Assembly (NCBI RefSeq): GCF_016127575.1
Contig: NZ_CP066018.1
Coordinates: forward strand, 1,140,001-1,172,000
From: Cupriavidus necator
GTDB lineage: Bacteria > Pseudomonadota > Gammaproteobacteria > Burkholderiales > Burkholderiaceae
DNA: 32,000 nucleotides
Direction: 5' to 3'
Position numbers and translations under genes: made by a program
The notes under the pieces: model-generated
Told to the model about the DNA's origin: nothing
The model's database searches: none
What the model saw: the letters and a program-made list of their open reading frames with translations, nothing else
In this document: positions 16,909 through 27,751 of the stretch, one piece after another
How the letters are laid out: each line of letters begins with the position of its first letter
Position numbering within the stretch: position 1 is the first letter of the stretch

Positions 16909-17925
16909 TCATTCGTCGCGCGCGTCGCGCTGCAGCAGCTGCGCCACCGCATCGGCGGCGCTCAGCCCGTCGAACAGCACCGCGCAGACCGCGCGGGCGA
17001 TCGGCATCTCGACACCGTAAGCCGAGGCTAGCTCTGCCACAGCCTGGGCGCAGCGCACGCCCTCGGCGACGTGGCCCAGACCGGCCAGGATCTGCTCCAG
17101 GCTCTGCCCCGCCGCCAGCTGCTGGCCGACCTTGCGGTTGCGCGACAGGTCGCCGGTGGCGGTCAGGATCAGGTCGCCCACGCCGGCCAGGCCCATGAAG
17201 GTCTCGACCCGGCCGCCCAGCGCCAGCCCCAGGCGCGTCATTTCGGCCAGCCCGCGCGTCACCAGCGCGGCGCGCGCGTTCAGGCCCAGGCCCAGCCCGT
17301 CGCTGGCGCCGGTGGCAATGGCCAGCACGTTCTTGACCGCACCGCCGACTTCCACGCCGGTCAGGTCGTCGCTGCCGTAGATGCGCATCGCATGATGGTG
17401 GAAGGCCGCCTGCGCGCGTTCGGCCAGCGACGGCTCGTTGCCTGCCACGGTCAGCGCGCACGGCAGCCCCAGCGCCACCTCGCGCGCGAAGCTGGGGCCG
17501 GTCAGCACGCCGTAGGCAAAGCCCTCGGTGCGCCCGGCGGCGTCGAGTTCGGCCCGCACCATCTGGTGCGGCAGCAGGTGGGTGCCGGACTCGAAGCCCT
17601 TGCACAGCCACAGCATCGACACCGGCCTGGCGCCGCGCGCGGCCAGCCGGCGCGTCATCTCGCGCAGGCCCGCCACCGGGGTGGCCACCACCACGATGCC
17701 GTCGGCATCGTCGGCGGCATGCGCCACGGCCTGCTCGAAGTCTGCCTGCACCGCCAGCCTCTCGGACAGCGTCACGCCGGGCAGGTAGGCGGCGTTCTCA
17801 CGCGTGGCCGCGATGGCCGCGAGTTGCGCGGGGTCGCGCCCCCACAGCACCACGTCATTGGCGGCCGCGGCATGGCTGGCGAGGGCGGTGCCCCAGGCAC
17901 CGGCACCGAGGAAGGTCAGTTTCAT
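16909..17925 (-). CDS. gpsA: NAD(P)H-dependent glycerol-3-phosphate dehydrogenase
   Basis: [16 protein letters not shown] Rossmann start at ATG 17925. [12 protein letters not shown] and SRNRKVG motifs are present. Confidence 0.95.
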   Translation of the reverse strand: MKLTFLGAGAWGTALASHAAAANDVVLWGRDPAQLAAIAATRENAAYLPGVTLSERLAVQADFEQAVAHAADDADGIVVVATPVAGLREMTRRLAARGARPVSMLWLCKGFESGTHLLPHQMVRAELDAAGRTEGFAYGVLTGPSFAREVALGLPCALTVAGNEPSLAERAQAAFHHHAMRIYGSDDLTGVEVGGAVKNVLAIATGASDGLGLGLNARAALVTRGLAEMTRLGLALGGRVETFMGLAGVGDLILTATGDLSRNRKVGQQLAAGQSLEQILAGLGHVAEGVRCAQAVAELASAYGVEMPIARAVCAVLFDGLSAADAVAQLLQRDARDE

Positions 17926-17961
17926 GGCAGCTTGATCCGAGGATGGACGCAGTCGATGGTA

Positions 17962-17994
17962 GCCCAAAGGCAAAACGGGGCCGCAGCCCCGTTT
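17962..17994 (-). terminator. Hairpin with T-tract between secB and gpsA (terminator or attenuator)
   Basis: AAACGGGGC (17973-17981) pairs with GCCCCGTTT (17986-17994). On the minus strand it is followed by TTTTGCCTTTGG. Confidence 0.5.
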
Positions 17995-18018
17995 CGATGA
18001 TGGCTCAGGACGCCGGAA

Positions 18019-18537
18019 TCAGTGGCGGGCCTGGCTGCCGTCGGGCATCACGATGCCGCTGTTGCCGCCTTCGGCACCCTGGGCTTCTTCCATGGCGGCC
18101 TGCAGGCGTTGCTCATACAGCGCCTGGAAGTTGATTTCCGACAGGTGGATGGCCTGGAAGCCGGCGCGGGTGATCACGTCAGCGATATTGCCGCGCAGGT
18201 ACGGGTACAGGATGGTCGGGCAGGCGATGCCCAGCAGCGGGTCCAGCTGCTCCACCGGCACGTTGCGGATATCGAAGATGCCGGCCTGGTGCGCTTCCAC
18301 CAGGAAGGCAACCTTGTCCTGCACCTTGGTCGTCACGGTGCCCGTCACCACCACCTCGAAGATCCCTTCCTGCAGCTGCGAAGCGCCGACGTTGACCTGC
18401 ACTTCCACCGACGGGGCTTCCGATTCCAGGAAGATGCCGGGCGAATTGGGCTGCTCCAGCGACATGTCTTTCAGGTAGACGCGCTGGATGTTGAAGAAGG
18501 GTTGATCGTCCTGCTGGGTGTTTTGCTGGTCGCTCAT
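18019..18537 (-). CDS. secB: Protein-export chaperone SecB
   Basis: 172 aa starting [33 protein letters not shown]. It has the acidic C-terminus typical of SecB. ATG at 18537. Confidence 0.95.
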   Translation of the reverse strand: MSDQQNTQQDDQPFFNIQRVYLKDMSLEQPNSPGIFLESEAPSVEVQVNVGASQLQEGIFEVVVTGTVTTKVQDKVAFLVEAHQAGIFDIRNVPVEQLDPLLGIACPTILYPYLRGNIADVITRAGFQAIHLSEINFQALYEQRLQAAMEEAQGAEGGNSGIVMPDGSQARH

Positions 18538-18736
18538 GAAAGGCTTCCGGGAGGATGGGCTGGTGTGCATCGGGCGCGGCGGCCGCAATCCTTGCATCGT
18601 GCAAGGCTGGCCGGTGCCCGCTTGAAAAACGCATATGGTACATGACGCGGGTGGCGAATTCACCCGCGCCGGGGGTAAGCCGGAACCAGCGCGGCGCGGA
18701 ATCAGACGATTCCGCGCCAGCGCCGGCGCAACCGGC

Positions 18737-18994
18737 TCAGGCGGCCAGCAGCGGCACCAGGCCGCCCTGGCGGTCCAGCGCCGAGAGATCGTCGAAGCCA
18801 CCCACGTGGGTCTCGTCGATGTAGATCTGCGGCACGGTGCGGCGACCGGTACGGGCCATCATCTCTTCACGCTTGCCGGGTTCGCGGTCGATCAGGACCT
18901 TCTCGATCGTTTCCACGCCCCTGGACTTGAGCAGGCGTTCAGCCATCAGGCAATACGGGCACACCACGGTGCTGTACATGACGACACGGGCCAT
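18737..18994 (-). CDS. grxC: Glutaredoxin 3
   Basis: CPYC active site and TVPQIYI...GGFDDL. The ATG at 18994 is preceded by AAGGAGA. Confidence 0.92.
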   Translation of the reverse strand: MARVVMYSTVVCPYCLMAERLLKSRGVETIEKVLIDREPGKREEMMARTGRRTVPQIYIDETHVGGFDDLSALDRQGGLVPLLAA

Positions 18995-19079
18995 GCGGGT
19001 TCTCCTTGAATGCAATGCGCGCGCGGCCCGGCCTGGCCGGGGGCGCGCCTTGTGACGGATACGGCGGTGCTGCCCGGGA

Positions 19080-19493
19080 TTACTTCACCAGCGGCAGGCC
19101 TGCCTGCTGCCAGGCGGCGATGCCGCCCTCGAGCGCGTAGATCTCACTGTAACCGGCTTCCTTCAACGCTGCCTGGGCCTTGCCCGAGCGCTGGCCGGTC
19201 TGGCACACGACGATGATGGGGGCAGCCTTGTCCTTTGCAAGGCCGGCCGCGCGCGAGGGCAGGTCGGCCAGCGGAGCGCTCTTGGCTTGCGGCAGGTGAC
19301 CCTTGGCATACTCGGCGGGCTCGCGGATATCGACCACGACCGCGCCGCGCTTGTTGATCAGCTGGGTCGCGGTGGCCGTATTGACGGTCTTGCCGCGGGT
19401 GCTGCGCGAGATCGCGGGCCAGGCCAGCAGGCCGCCCGAGACCACGGCAAGGGCGATCAGAGCGAGGTTGTTGTAGTCGGCGAAGAAATTCAC
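19080..19493 (-). CDS. Rhodanese-like domain protein (YibN-like), membrane anchored
   Basis: N-terminal TM segment (LALIALAVVSGGLLAW). Rhodanese active-site loop CQTGQRS. The GTG at 19493 was chosen because codons upstream of it are AT-rich at the third position. Confidence 0.8.
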   Translation of the reverse strand: MNFFADYNNLALIALAVVSGGLLAWPAISRSTRGKTVNTATATQLINKRGAVVVDIREPAEYAKGHLPQAKSAPLADLPSRAAGLAKDKAAPIIVVCQTGQRSGKAQAALKEAGYSEIYALEGGIAAWQQAGLPLVK

Positions 19494-19523
19494 GTTGGCA
19501 TTCCGGTAGGTTGGGTCGGCGGC

Positions 19524-19529
19524 ATTATA
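19524..19529 (-). promoter_or_regulatory. Perfect TATAAT -10 hexamer (minus strand) upstream of the rhodanese-grxC-secB-gpsA operon
   Basis: The plus-strand sequence ATTATA at 19524-19529 reads TATAAT on the minus strand, ~30 nt upstream of the GTG start. I found no good -35 element. Confidence 0.3.
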
Positions 19530-19680
19530 AAATACGCGGTTTGGCGTCCAGGCCCTGCCGTCGCATGGCCATCCGCCATTGTCGCCTGTCTGAGACATGG
19601 GATGTCCACAAGGAACCCATCAGCCCTTCCAGGTGACGGCGCGGACGCATGCAGGTTACCTACTCTCTGGAAGCAGCAGC

Positions 19681-20427
19681 ATGTACAAGCTCGTCCTCAT
19701 CCGCCACGGCGAATCCACGTGGAACCTTGAAAACCGCTTTACCGGCTGGGTCGACGTCGACCTGACCGAAACCGGCGCCGACCAGGCGCGCCAGGCCGGC
19801 AAGCTGCTCAAGGATGCCGGCCTGGGCTTTGACGTGGCCTATACCTCGGTGCTCAAGCGTGCCATCCGCACGCTGTGGCATGTGCAGGATGAAATGGACC
19901 TGATGTGGATCCCGGTGCGCAACGAATGGCGCCTGAACGAGCGCCACTACGGCGCGCTGGCCGGCCTGAACAAGGCAGAAACGGCCGCCAAGTTCGGCGA
20001 CGAGCAGGTGCTGGTGTGGCGCCGCAGCTATGACACGCCGCCGCCCGCGCTGGAGCCCACCGATCCGCGTGCCTCGTACGACGATCCGCGCTACGCCAAT
20101 GTGCCGCGCAATGAGATCCCGCTGACCGAATGCCTGAAGGACACCGTGGCCCGCGTGATGCCGCTGTGGAACGAATCCATTGCCCCCGACATCCAATCGG
20201 GCAAACGCGTGGTCATTGCCGCCCATGGCAACAGCATCCGCGCGCTGGTGAAATACCTGGACCAGATCTCGGATGACGATATCGTCGGACTCAATATCCC
20301 CAACGGCACCCCGCTCGTCTATGAGCTGGACGCCGACCTGCGCCCCCTGCGCCACTACTACCTGGGTGACCAGGACGCCATCGCCGCCTCGCTGGCGGCC
20401 GTGGCCAGCCAGGGCAAGGCACGCTGA
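19681..20427 (+). CDS. gpmA: 2,3-bisphosphoglycerate-dependent phosphoglycerate mutase
   Basis: [23 protein letters not shown] with the catalytic RHGE motif. 248 aa. ATG at 19681. Confidence 0.96.
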   Translation: MYKLVLIRHGESTWNLENRFTGWVDVDLTETGADQARQAGKLLKDAGLGFDVAYTSVLKRAIRTLWHVQDEMDLMWIPVRNEWRLNERHYGALAGLNKAETAAKFGDEQVLVWRRSYDTPPPALEPTDPRASYDDPRYANVPRNEIPLTECLKDTVARVMPLWNESIAPDIQSGKRVVIAAHGNSIRALVKYLDQISDDDIVGLNIPNGTPLVYELDADLRPLRHYYLGDQDAIAASLAAVASQGKAR

Positions 20428-20606
20428 AGCCCGCCCGGGCGGCCGCGCGCGGATGTGCGGCCGCCCACCCTGAGCCGGGACGGGACAGGCCCTTTCCACC
20501 ACTCGCACTTATACTGTCCGACAAACCGCCCGGCGCCGGGCGGCCGCAGCCGGCATAATCCCCATACCGTACACCAGTACTTCGAGTACACGTTCAGGCA
20601 GCCCTC

Positions 20607-22214
<1,608 letters not shown>

Positions 22215-22246
22215 GAGCCTGGGGCTTTGTTCAGGCTGCCGGTTTG

Positions 22247-22292
22247 CTCCCCTCTCCCGCTTGCGGGAGAGGGGCAGGGGGAGAGGGCAGGA
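22247..22292 (+). repeat. REP-like palindromic element, copy 1
   Basis: CCCCTCTCCCGC (22249-22260) pairs with GCGGGAGAGGGG (22263-22274). It is followed by the G-rich tail CAGGGGGAGAGGG. Confidence 0.7.
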
Positions 22293-22357
22293 GCGTCAAA
22301 GGCTGAGGGCGGTGGGTTAACACCGTTGGCTCCGGGTGATGTGGCTCCTAGCTAAAC

Positions 22358-22398
22358 CACCCCTCACCCCAACCCTCTCCCCATGAGGGGAGAGGGAG
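22358..22398 (-). repeat. REP-like palindromic element, copy 2 (inverted orientation)
   Basis: CCCTCTCCCC (22373-22382) pairs with GGGGAGAGGG (22387-22396). It is preceded by CCACCCCTCACCCC, the reverse complement of a G-rich tail like that of copy 1. Confidence 0.7.
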
Positions 22399-22477
22399 AA
22401 CACCTTGCTTGGGCTAGCTCGGGCGGCTTTGGAGCACCCAAAACCGCCCTCCCCTTCAGCACTCGAGGGATTACCTC

Positions 22478-23242
22478 ATGAGCGACGACGGCCTCAACGA
22501 CGAACAACTGCTGCGCTACTCGCGCCACATCCTGCTGGACGAGCTCGGCATCGAGGGCCAGCGGCGCCTGCTTGCCGGCCATGCGCTGGTGATCGGTGCC
22601 GGCGGCCTGGGCGCGGCCGCGCTGCCCTTCCTGGCCTCGGCCGGGGTGGGCCGCATCACGGTGGTCGACGACGATGAAGTCGACCTGACCAACCTGCAGC
22701 GCCAGATCATCCACACCACCGCCAACGTGGGCCGGCCCAAGGTGGATTCGGCGCGCGAAGGCATGCTGCGCATCAACCCGGGGCTGGAGATCGTGACGGT
22801 GCCCGCGCGCGTGGGCGATGCAGAGCTTGCCCAGCTCGTCGCCAGCGCCGACGTGGTGCTCGATTGCTGCGACAACTTCGCTACGCGCCAGGCAGTCAAC
22901 CGCGCCTGCGTGCGCCACAAGGTGCCGCTGGTGTCAGGCGCGGCGCTGCGCTTCGATGGCCAGATCAGCGTGTTCGACCGGCGCCAGCCCGACGCGCCCT
23001 GCTACGCCTGCCTGTTCCCGCCGGCCGAACCCGCGCCGGAAGTGGCCTGCGCCACCATGGGCGTGTTCGCGCCGCTGGTCGGCATGGTCGGCACCGTGCA
23101 GGCGGCCGAGGCGCTCAAGCTGCTCGCGGGTGTCGGCGAGAGCCTGGCGGGCCGGCTGCTGATGGTCAATGCGCTGTCGATGGAATGGACCACGATGCGG
23201 CTGGCACGCACGCCGGATTGCCCGGTCTGCGCCGGGCACTGA
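22478..23242 (+). CDS. moeB: Molybdopterin-synthase adenylyltransferase MoeB (ThiF/HesA family)
   Basis: RYSRHILL start. GAGGLG nucleotide loop. CYAC and CPVC zinc pairs. No rhodanese domain. Confidence 0.88.
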   Translation: MSDDGLNDEQLLRYSRHILLDELGIEGQRRLLAGHALVIGAGGLGAAALPFLASAGVGRITVVDDDEVDLTNLQRQIIHTTANVGRPKVDSAREGMLRINPGLEIVTVPARVGDAELAQLVASADVVLDCCDNFATRQAVNRACVRHKVPLVSGAALRFDGQISVFDRRQPDAPCYACLFPPAEPAPEVACATMGVFAPLVGMVGTVQAAEALKLLAGVGESLAGRLLMVNALSMEWTTMRLARTPDCPVCAGH

Positions 23243-23251
23243 ATCGGCAGA

Positions 23252-24358
23252 CTAGCCCCGCTGCGCCGTGTGCGCCCGCAGCCAGTCGGTGACTGCGGCG
23301 CGGTCACCGCGAAAGACGATGCGCGCCTCGCGCTGTTCGCGCTGGAAGGCGTACATCGGATCGTAGTACTCGCGCAGCAGCACTTCGATCCAGCCGCGGT
23401 GCAGATCCACTTCGCCCCGCTCCGCCTGCTGCGCCAGCGCCTGGTCCAGCAACGCCGACAGCTTGCCGTAGCGGGCACCGCCCAGCCGCGGCGAGATCCC
23501 GGCCATGGCCTCGCGCAGGCGCGTGGCGTAGGCTTCGAAGCCTTCCGTGCTGCCCTTCTCGGCAATGAACTCCGCCGCCAGCCCCTGCACATAGTCGCGC
23601 AGCACGCGCTCCACGCGTTCGTCGAACGACGCTTCCAGCCACACCAGCGGGCTGGCCTGCATGCGCTGCGTCAGCACCTGCGGCACGTCGCGGCTGCCGA
23701 TAAAGCGGCCCTCGTCCTCCACCAGCAGCGCGCGCCAGCCTGCGTCAATATGCCGCAGCACGTCGATGGCCAGCGCGTTCTCGAAATCGATCTGCGGCGG
23801 CTGCGCCAGCGCGCGCCGGCCGAAGGCCGAGCCGCGGTGCCGCGCATGGCCTTCGAGGTCGATCGCGGCGGGCACGTCGGCCAGCACATCGGTCTTGCCG
23901 CTGCCGGTCAGGCCGCCCAGCACAAACCATTGCTGCTCGGCCGCCGCGGCATCGGTGGTCTCGATCAGGAAGCCGCGCATGGCCTTGTAGCCGCCGGTCA
24001 CGCGGGGGTAATCGACACCGGCCGCATGCAGCCATTGCTGCACCAGCTGCGAGCGCAGCCCGCCGCGGAAGCAATACAGGTAGCCGTCCGGATGCGCGCG
24101 CGCAAACTCCGCCCAGGCTGCGATCCGCGCGGCCTTGCGCAGCCCGGACACCAGCTGGTGGCCAAGTTCGATTGCCGCCTGCTGGCCCTTCTGCGCATAG
24201 CACAGGCCCACCTCGTGGCGCTCGGCATCATCCATCAGCGGCAGGTTGACCGCGCCGGGGAAGGCCCCGCGCGCGAATTCCAGCGGCGCGCGCACGTCAA
24301 GCATGGCCACGCCGCTGAGGAACAGGGTGCGGAAGTCCGCGGTGTCAGGGCGCATCAT
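23252..24358 (-). CDS. selU: tRNA 2-selenouridine / geranyl-2-thiouridine synthase (MnmH/SelU)
   Basis: N-terminal rhodanese domain with [10 protein letters not shown]-loop [14 protein letters not shown] start at 24358/24355. The rest of the 503-aa track ORF is upstream read-through. Confidence 0.88.
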   Translation of the reverse strand: MMRPDTADFRTLFLSGVAMLDVRAPLEFARGAFPGAVNLPLMDDAERHEVGLCYAQKGQQAAIELGHQLVSGLRKAARIAAWAEFARAHPDGYLYCFRGGLRSQLVQQWLHAAGVDYPRVTGGYKAMRGFLIETTDAAAAEQQWFVLGGLTGSGKTDVLADVPAAIDLEGHARHRGSAFGRRALAQPPQIDFENALAIDVLRHIDAGWRALLVEDEGRFIGSRDVPQVLTQRMQASPLVWLEASFDERVERVLRDYVQGLAAEFIAEKGSTEGFEAYATRLREAMAGISPRLGGARYGKLSALLDQALAQQAERGEVDLHRGWIEVLLREYYDPMYAFQREQREARIVFRGDRAAVTDWLRAHTAQRG

Positions 24359-24546
24359 TAATCGTAGGGTGAGATTTGCGCGGCGCCGTGGCGGGACAGG
24401 AGCCTTTGCCCGCCAGGGACGCCTGGATAAAGAACAGGAATCGGAATGAGAAGAGTTACTGCCTGCAGGCGAGCAACAAGGCGGAGCCGAACGGCGCCGC
24501 GCGCTGGGGCGGCCGCTCATCGAGAGCGGCCACGCCGGAAACCGGC

Positions 24547-25026
24547 TTATTGCTCGCCCGGCTCCATCTGCGACTGCAGGTAGTTCTGCAGCCCGACCTT
24601 GTCGATCAGGTCCAGCTGCGTTTCCAGGTATTCGATATGTTCCTCGGTATCGGTGAGGATATCGACCAGGATTTCGCGGCTGACGTAATCGCCTACGGAT
24701 TCGCAGTAGGCGATGCCTTCCTTGACGGTGGCGTGCGCGGTCTGCTCCAGCTTCAGGTCGCACTTGAGCATCTCGGGCGTGTCTTCGCCGAGCAGCAGCT
24801 TGTGCAGATCCTGCAGGTTGGGCAGGCCGTCCAGCATCAGGATGCGCTCGATCAGGCGGTCGGCGTGCTTCATTTCGCCGATCGATTCCTTGTACTCCAC
24901 GTCGCCGAGCTTCTTCAGGCCCCAGTGGCGATACATGCGGGCGTGCAGGAAATACTGGTTGATCGCGGTCAGCTCATTCTTGAGCTGGGCGTTCAGATGC
25001 TGGATGACCTTCTTGTCACCTTTCAT
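24547..25026 (-). CDS. bfr: Bacterioferritin
   Basis: [31 protein letters not shown]. Ferroxidase Glu/His ligands and the heme-ligand Met are present. AGGAG lies 7 nt before the ATG at 25026. Confidence 0.95.
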   Translation of the reverse strand: MKGDKKVIQHLNAQLKNELTAINQYFLHARMYRHWGLKKLGDVEYKESIGEMKHADRLIERILMLDGLPNLQDLHKLLLGEDTPEMLKCDLKLEQTAHATVKEGIAYCESVGDYVSREILVDILTDTEEHIEYLETQLDLIDKVGLQNYLQSQMEPGEQ

Positions 25027-25054
25027 TGGCGGCTCCTGTTGCACCGGGCCCGCG

Positions 25055-25085
25055 CAAAAACACGAAACGGCGCCAATGGCGCCGT
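25055..25085 (-). terminator. Rho-independent terminator immediately upstream of the bfr RBS (second of two structures after bfd)
   Basis: On the minus strand: ACGGCGCC-ATT-GGCGCCGT (25067-25085), followed by TTCGTGTTTTTG. Confidence 0.55.
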
Positions 25086-25151
25086 GCAGTCAGTGAAAAA
25101 GGAAAAAGCGCAAAAGCGCGCCGTGAACTGGTCTTCAGTTCATGGGCGCGT

Positions 25152-25457
25152 TCAGGCCACCAGCGCCTTGCGCTGGTCGTTCGCGACTGCCGGGTCCCGA
25201 GTGTCCATTATGGTACATGGGCCCGACGCGGAACAGGAAGAAATCTCCACAACCTGGATGTTGGCGAGGGTCGCAACGGTGACATTGCGCACCGCCGCCA
25301 CGCCTTCCTGCAACACCTGGTGCGCGCACTCGCGGCAGCGGCCGCAGCAGGTGCCGACGCCAAGCGTTTCGGCCAGTTCGTCGAGGGTTTCGATGCCCAG
25401 GTGCGCAGCACCGTGAATCTCACGATCGGTGATCTGGTTGCAGATGCAGACGTACAC
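25152..25457 (-). CDS. bfd: Bacterioferritin-associated ferredoxin (Bfd, [2Fe-2S]) with a C-terminal extension
   Basis: (V)YVCICNQITDREI...GTCCGRCRE four-Cys Bfd signature. The GTG at 25457 lies 5 nt after GGAGGGA and gives the canonical Bfd N-terminus. Confidence 0.85.
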   Translation of the reverse strand: MYVCICNQITDREIHGAAHLGIETLDELAETLGVGTCCGRCRECAHQVLQEGVAAVRNVTVATLANIQVVEISSCSASGPCTIMDTRDPAVANDQRKALVA

Positions 25458-25524
25458 AAGTCCCTCCGTTGGGGCGCGTGGCACCGGCATGCCACTGCGA
25501 ATGAACGTCAGAATATCAGAGATC

Positions 25525-25543
25525 AATAATGATAACAATTCCC
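25525..25543. promoter_or_regulatory. Fur box upstream of bfd
   Basis: AATAATGATAACAATTCCC matches 14 of 19 positions of GATAATGATAATCATTATC. It overlaps a possible minus-strand promoter, TTGTTA-N17-TATTCT. Confidence 0.6.
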
Positions 25544-25585
25544 ATTAAGCCACATTGGGAGAGGTCGGGTAGACGCCACAGGATG

Positions 25586-25649
25586 CAAAAGGAAGGCGGC
25601 TGAGGCGGCACTTTCCGGCCTGCAGAAGTGCTGCACCAGCCGCCTTTCC
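25586..25649 (-). terminator. Putative ptsI terminator (long compound stem-loop)
   Basis: Plus-strand GGAAGGCGGCTG (25591-25602) pairs with CAGCCGCCTTTCC (25637-25649). An inner GCACTT/AAGTGC stem is present. On the minus strand it is followed by CCTTTTGC. Confidence 0.5.
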
Positions 25650-25671
25650 GCATCAGAAAACCCTGATGGCC

Positions 25672-27432
25672 TCAGGGTCGTGCCAGCTGCCGCAGGGCGG
25701 CCGCCTGCTCCTCGGGATCGAAGGCCTGCAGGACCTGGTCGACCAGCGGCTCGAGCCGTTCGCAGTGGGCATGCAGGATCTCCTGCTTGACCCGCAGCAG
25801 CTGCGCCGGGTGCATCGAGAACTCGCGCAGCCCCATGCCCAGCAGCAGCCGGGTCATGGACGGGTCGCCCGCCATTTCGCCGCACACGGCCACCGGCACG
25901 CCGGCGCGGTTGGCCTCGCGGATGGTGCGCGCCACCAGCTGCAGCACCGCCGGGTGCAGCGGGTCGAACAGGTGCGCCACCGCGTTGTCGGCGCGATCGA
26001 TGGCCAGCGTGTACTGGATCAGGTCGTTGGTGCCGATGGACAGGAAGTCCATCTTGCGCAGGAACAGCGGCAGCAGCAGCACCGCCGCCGGGATCTCGAT
26101 CATGGCGCCGACCTTCATGCCCGGGTCATAGGCCTCGCCGCGCTCGTCGAGCTGGCGCTTGGCCTTGGCGATCAGCGCCAGGGTCTGGTCGATCTCGCTG
26201 GCATGCGCCAGCATCGGCACCAGCAGCCGCACCGGGCCGAAGGCCGAAGCCCGCAGCAGCGCGCGCAGCTGGGTCAGGAACATGCCCGGCTCGGACAGCG
26301 ACCAGCGGATCGCGCGCAGGCCCAGCGCCGGGTTCAGCGCGGTCTCGAATTCATCGCCGCGGGCATCGAGCGGCTTGTCGGCGCCGATGTCGATGGTGCG
26401 GATAGTCACCGGCAGCCCGTGCATGGCATCGACCGCGCCGCGGTAGGCCTGGAACTGCTCGTCCTCGCCCGGCAACTCGTCGCGCCGGTTCATGAACAGG
26501 AATTCGGAACGGAACAGGCCCACGCCGACCGCGCCGGCCGCCAGCGCCGCGCCGGCGTCCTCGGCCATCTCGATATTGGCCAGCAGGTCGATTTCCAGCC
26601 CGTCCAGCGTCACCGCCGGGGTATGCCGCAGCCGCTGCAGGCGCTTCTTTTCCAGCGCGCGCTCGCTCTGCCGGTGGCGGTACTCTTCCAGGATGATGGC
26701 GGTCGGGTCGACGATCACCAGCCCGGCATCGCCGTCGATGATGATCCAGTCGTCCTGGCGGATCAGCTCGCTCGCGCTCTGCACGCCGACCGCGGCCGGG
26801 ATGTCCAGGCTGCGCGCGACGATGGCGGTATGCGAGGTGCGTCCGCCCATGTCGGTGACGAAGCCGTGGAAGACGGTATGGCGGAACTGCAGCATGTCGG
26901 CCGGGGCGATATCGTGGGCCACCACGATCACCCCGGTCGCGGCCTCGCCGTCGGCGGCCAGCGCCGGCACCGGCGCGGGCACCAGCACCGGAGCCCCGGC
27001 GAGCGCCTTCAGGATGCGCTCGACCACCTGCCGGATATCGGTCTTGCGCTCGCGCAGGTATTCATCCTCGATCTCGTCGAACTGGCGCATCAGCTCTTCG
27101 AGGCGCGTGGTAAGTGCCCACTCTGCGTTGTAGCGGCGGCCCCGGATCAGGGCCTCGGGCTCGCGCGCCAGCGCCTCGTCGTCGAGGATCATCGCGTGCA
27201 CGTCCAGGAATGCGCCCAGCTCCTCGGGCGCATCGCGCGGCAGGTCGCGCTTGAGCGCGGCCAGCTCCGCCCGCACCGCGGCGCGCGCTGCGCGCAGCCG
27301 TTCGACCTCGGCGTCGAGCTGGTCTTCATCGACCAGGTAGTGCGACACGTCCAGCGCCGCGGGCGCAAGCAGGTGCGCGCGCCCGATGGCGACGCCGCGC
27401 GAGACCGGGATGCCGTGCAGGGCGAAAGGCAT
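25672..27432 (-). CDS. ptsI: Phosphoenolpyruvate-protein phosphotransferase (PTS Enzyme I)
   Basis: 586 aa. The phospho-His region is GGRTSHTAIVARSL. The PEP-utilising signature GTNDLIQYTLAIDR and the C-terminal active Cys region (VAVCGEMAGDP) are present. Confidence 0.96.
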   Translation of the reverse strand: MPFALHGIPVSRGVAIGRAHLLAPAALDVSHYLVDEDQLDAEVERLRAARAAVRAELAALKRDLPRDAPEELGAFLDVHAMILDDEALAREPEALIRGRRYNAEWALTTRLEELMRQFDEIEDEYLRERKTDIRQVVERILKALAGAPVLVPAPVPALAADGEAATGVIVVAHDIAPADMLQFRHTVFHGFVTDMGGRTSHTAIVARSLDIPAAVGVQSASELIRQDDWIIIDGDAGLVIVDPTAIILEEYRHRQSERALEKKRLQRLRHTPAVTLDGLEIDLLANIEMAEDAGAALAAGAVGVGLFRSEFLFMNRRDELPGEDEQFQAYRGAVDAMHGLPVTIRTIDIGADKPLDARGDEFETALNPALGLRAIRWSLSEPGMFLTQLRALLRASAFGPVRLLVPMLAHASEIDQTLALIAKAKRQLDERGEAYDPGMKVGAMIEIPAAVLLLPLFLRKMDFLSIGTNDLIQYTLAIDRADNAVAHLFDPLHPAVLQLVARTIREANRAGVPVAVCGEMAGDPSMTRLLLGMGLREFSMHPAQLLRVKQEILHAHCERLEPLVDQVLQAFDPEEQAAALRQLARP

Positions 27433-27481
27433 GTACCGCTCCGTCAGGAACGTTTAAGAATTCGGGTCGAGGCCGCCGGCC

Positions 27482-27751
27482 TCACTCTCCCTCACCAAAG
27501 CGGTTGGCGATCAGCGCCAGCAGCGCGTCCATCGCCTCCTGCTCGTCGGGGCCGTCGGTCTCGAGGGTCACCGTCGAGCCGATCCCGGCGGCCAGCATCA
27601 TGACGCCCATGATGCTCTTGGCGTCGACCTGGCGACCATTGCGGGACATCTTGACCTGGCTGACAAAGTTGCCGGCGAGCTGGGTCAGCTTGGCGGACGC
27701 GCGCGCATGCAGGCCGAGTTTATTGATGATGGTGGTGTCCCTCTGCAGCAT
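27482..27751 (-). CDS. ptsH: Phosphocarrier protein HPr
   Basis: 89 aa with LGLHARAS placing His at residue 15. Ser46 context is DAKSIMGVM. Confidence 0.93.
   Translation of the reverse strand: MLQRDTTIINKLGLHARASAKLTQLAGNFVSQVKMSRNGRQVDAKSIMGVMMLAAGIGSTVTLETDGPDEQEAMDALLALIANRFGEGE

Noticed and set aside
20437-20545. GC-rich palindromes after gpmA (GGGCGGCCGC-N10-GCGGCCGCCC at 20437-20466, and CCGCCCGG-CG-CCGGGCGG near 20525-20545) as terminators or repeats
   Set aside because: Neither has a T-tract. The sequences are simple CCGCCC/GGGCGG words that arise easily at this GC content. At most, the first may be a weak gpmA terminator.
25666-27603. 645-aa plus-strand ORF opposite ptsI
   Set aside because: It is antisense to an unambiguous Enzyme I gene. 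It has the same Arg/Gly/His-rich artefact composition.
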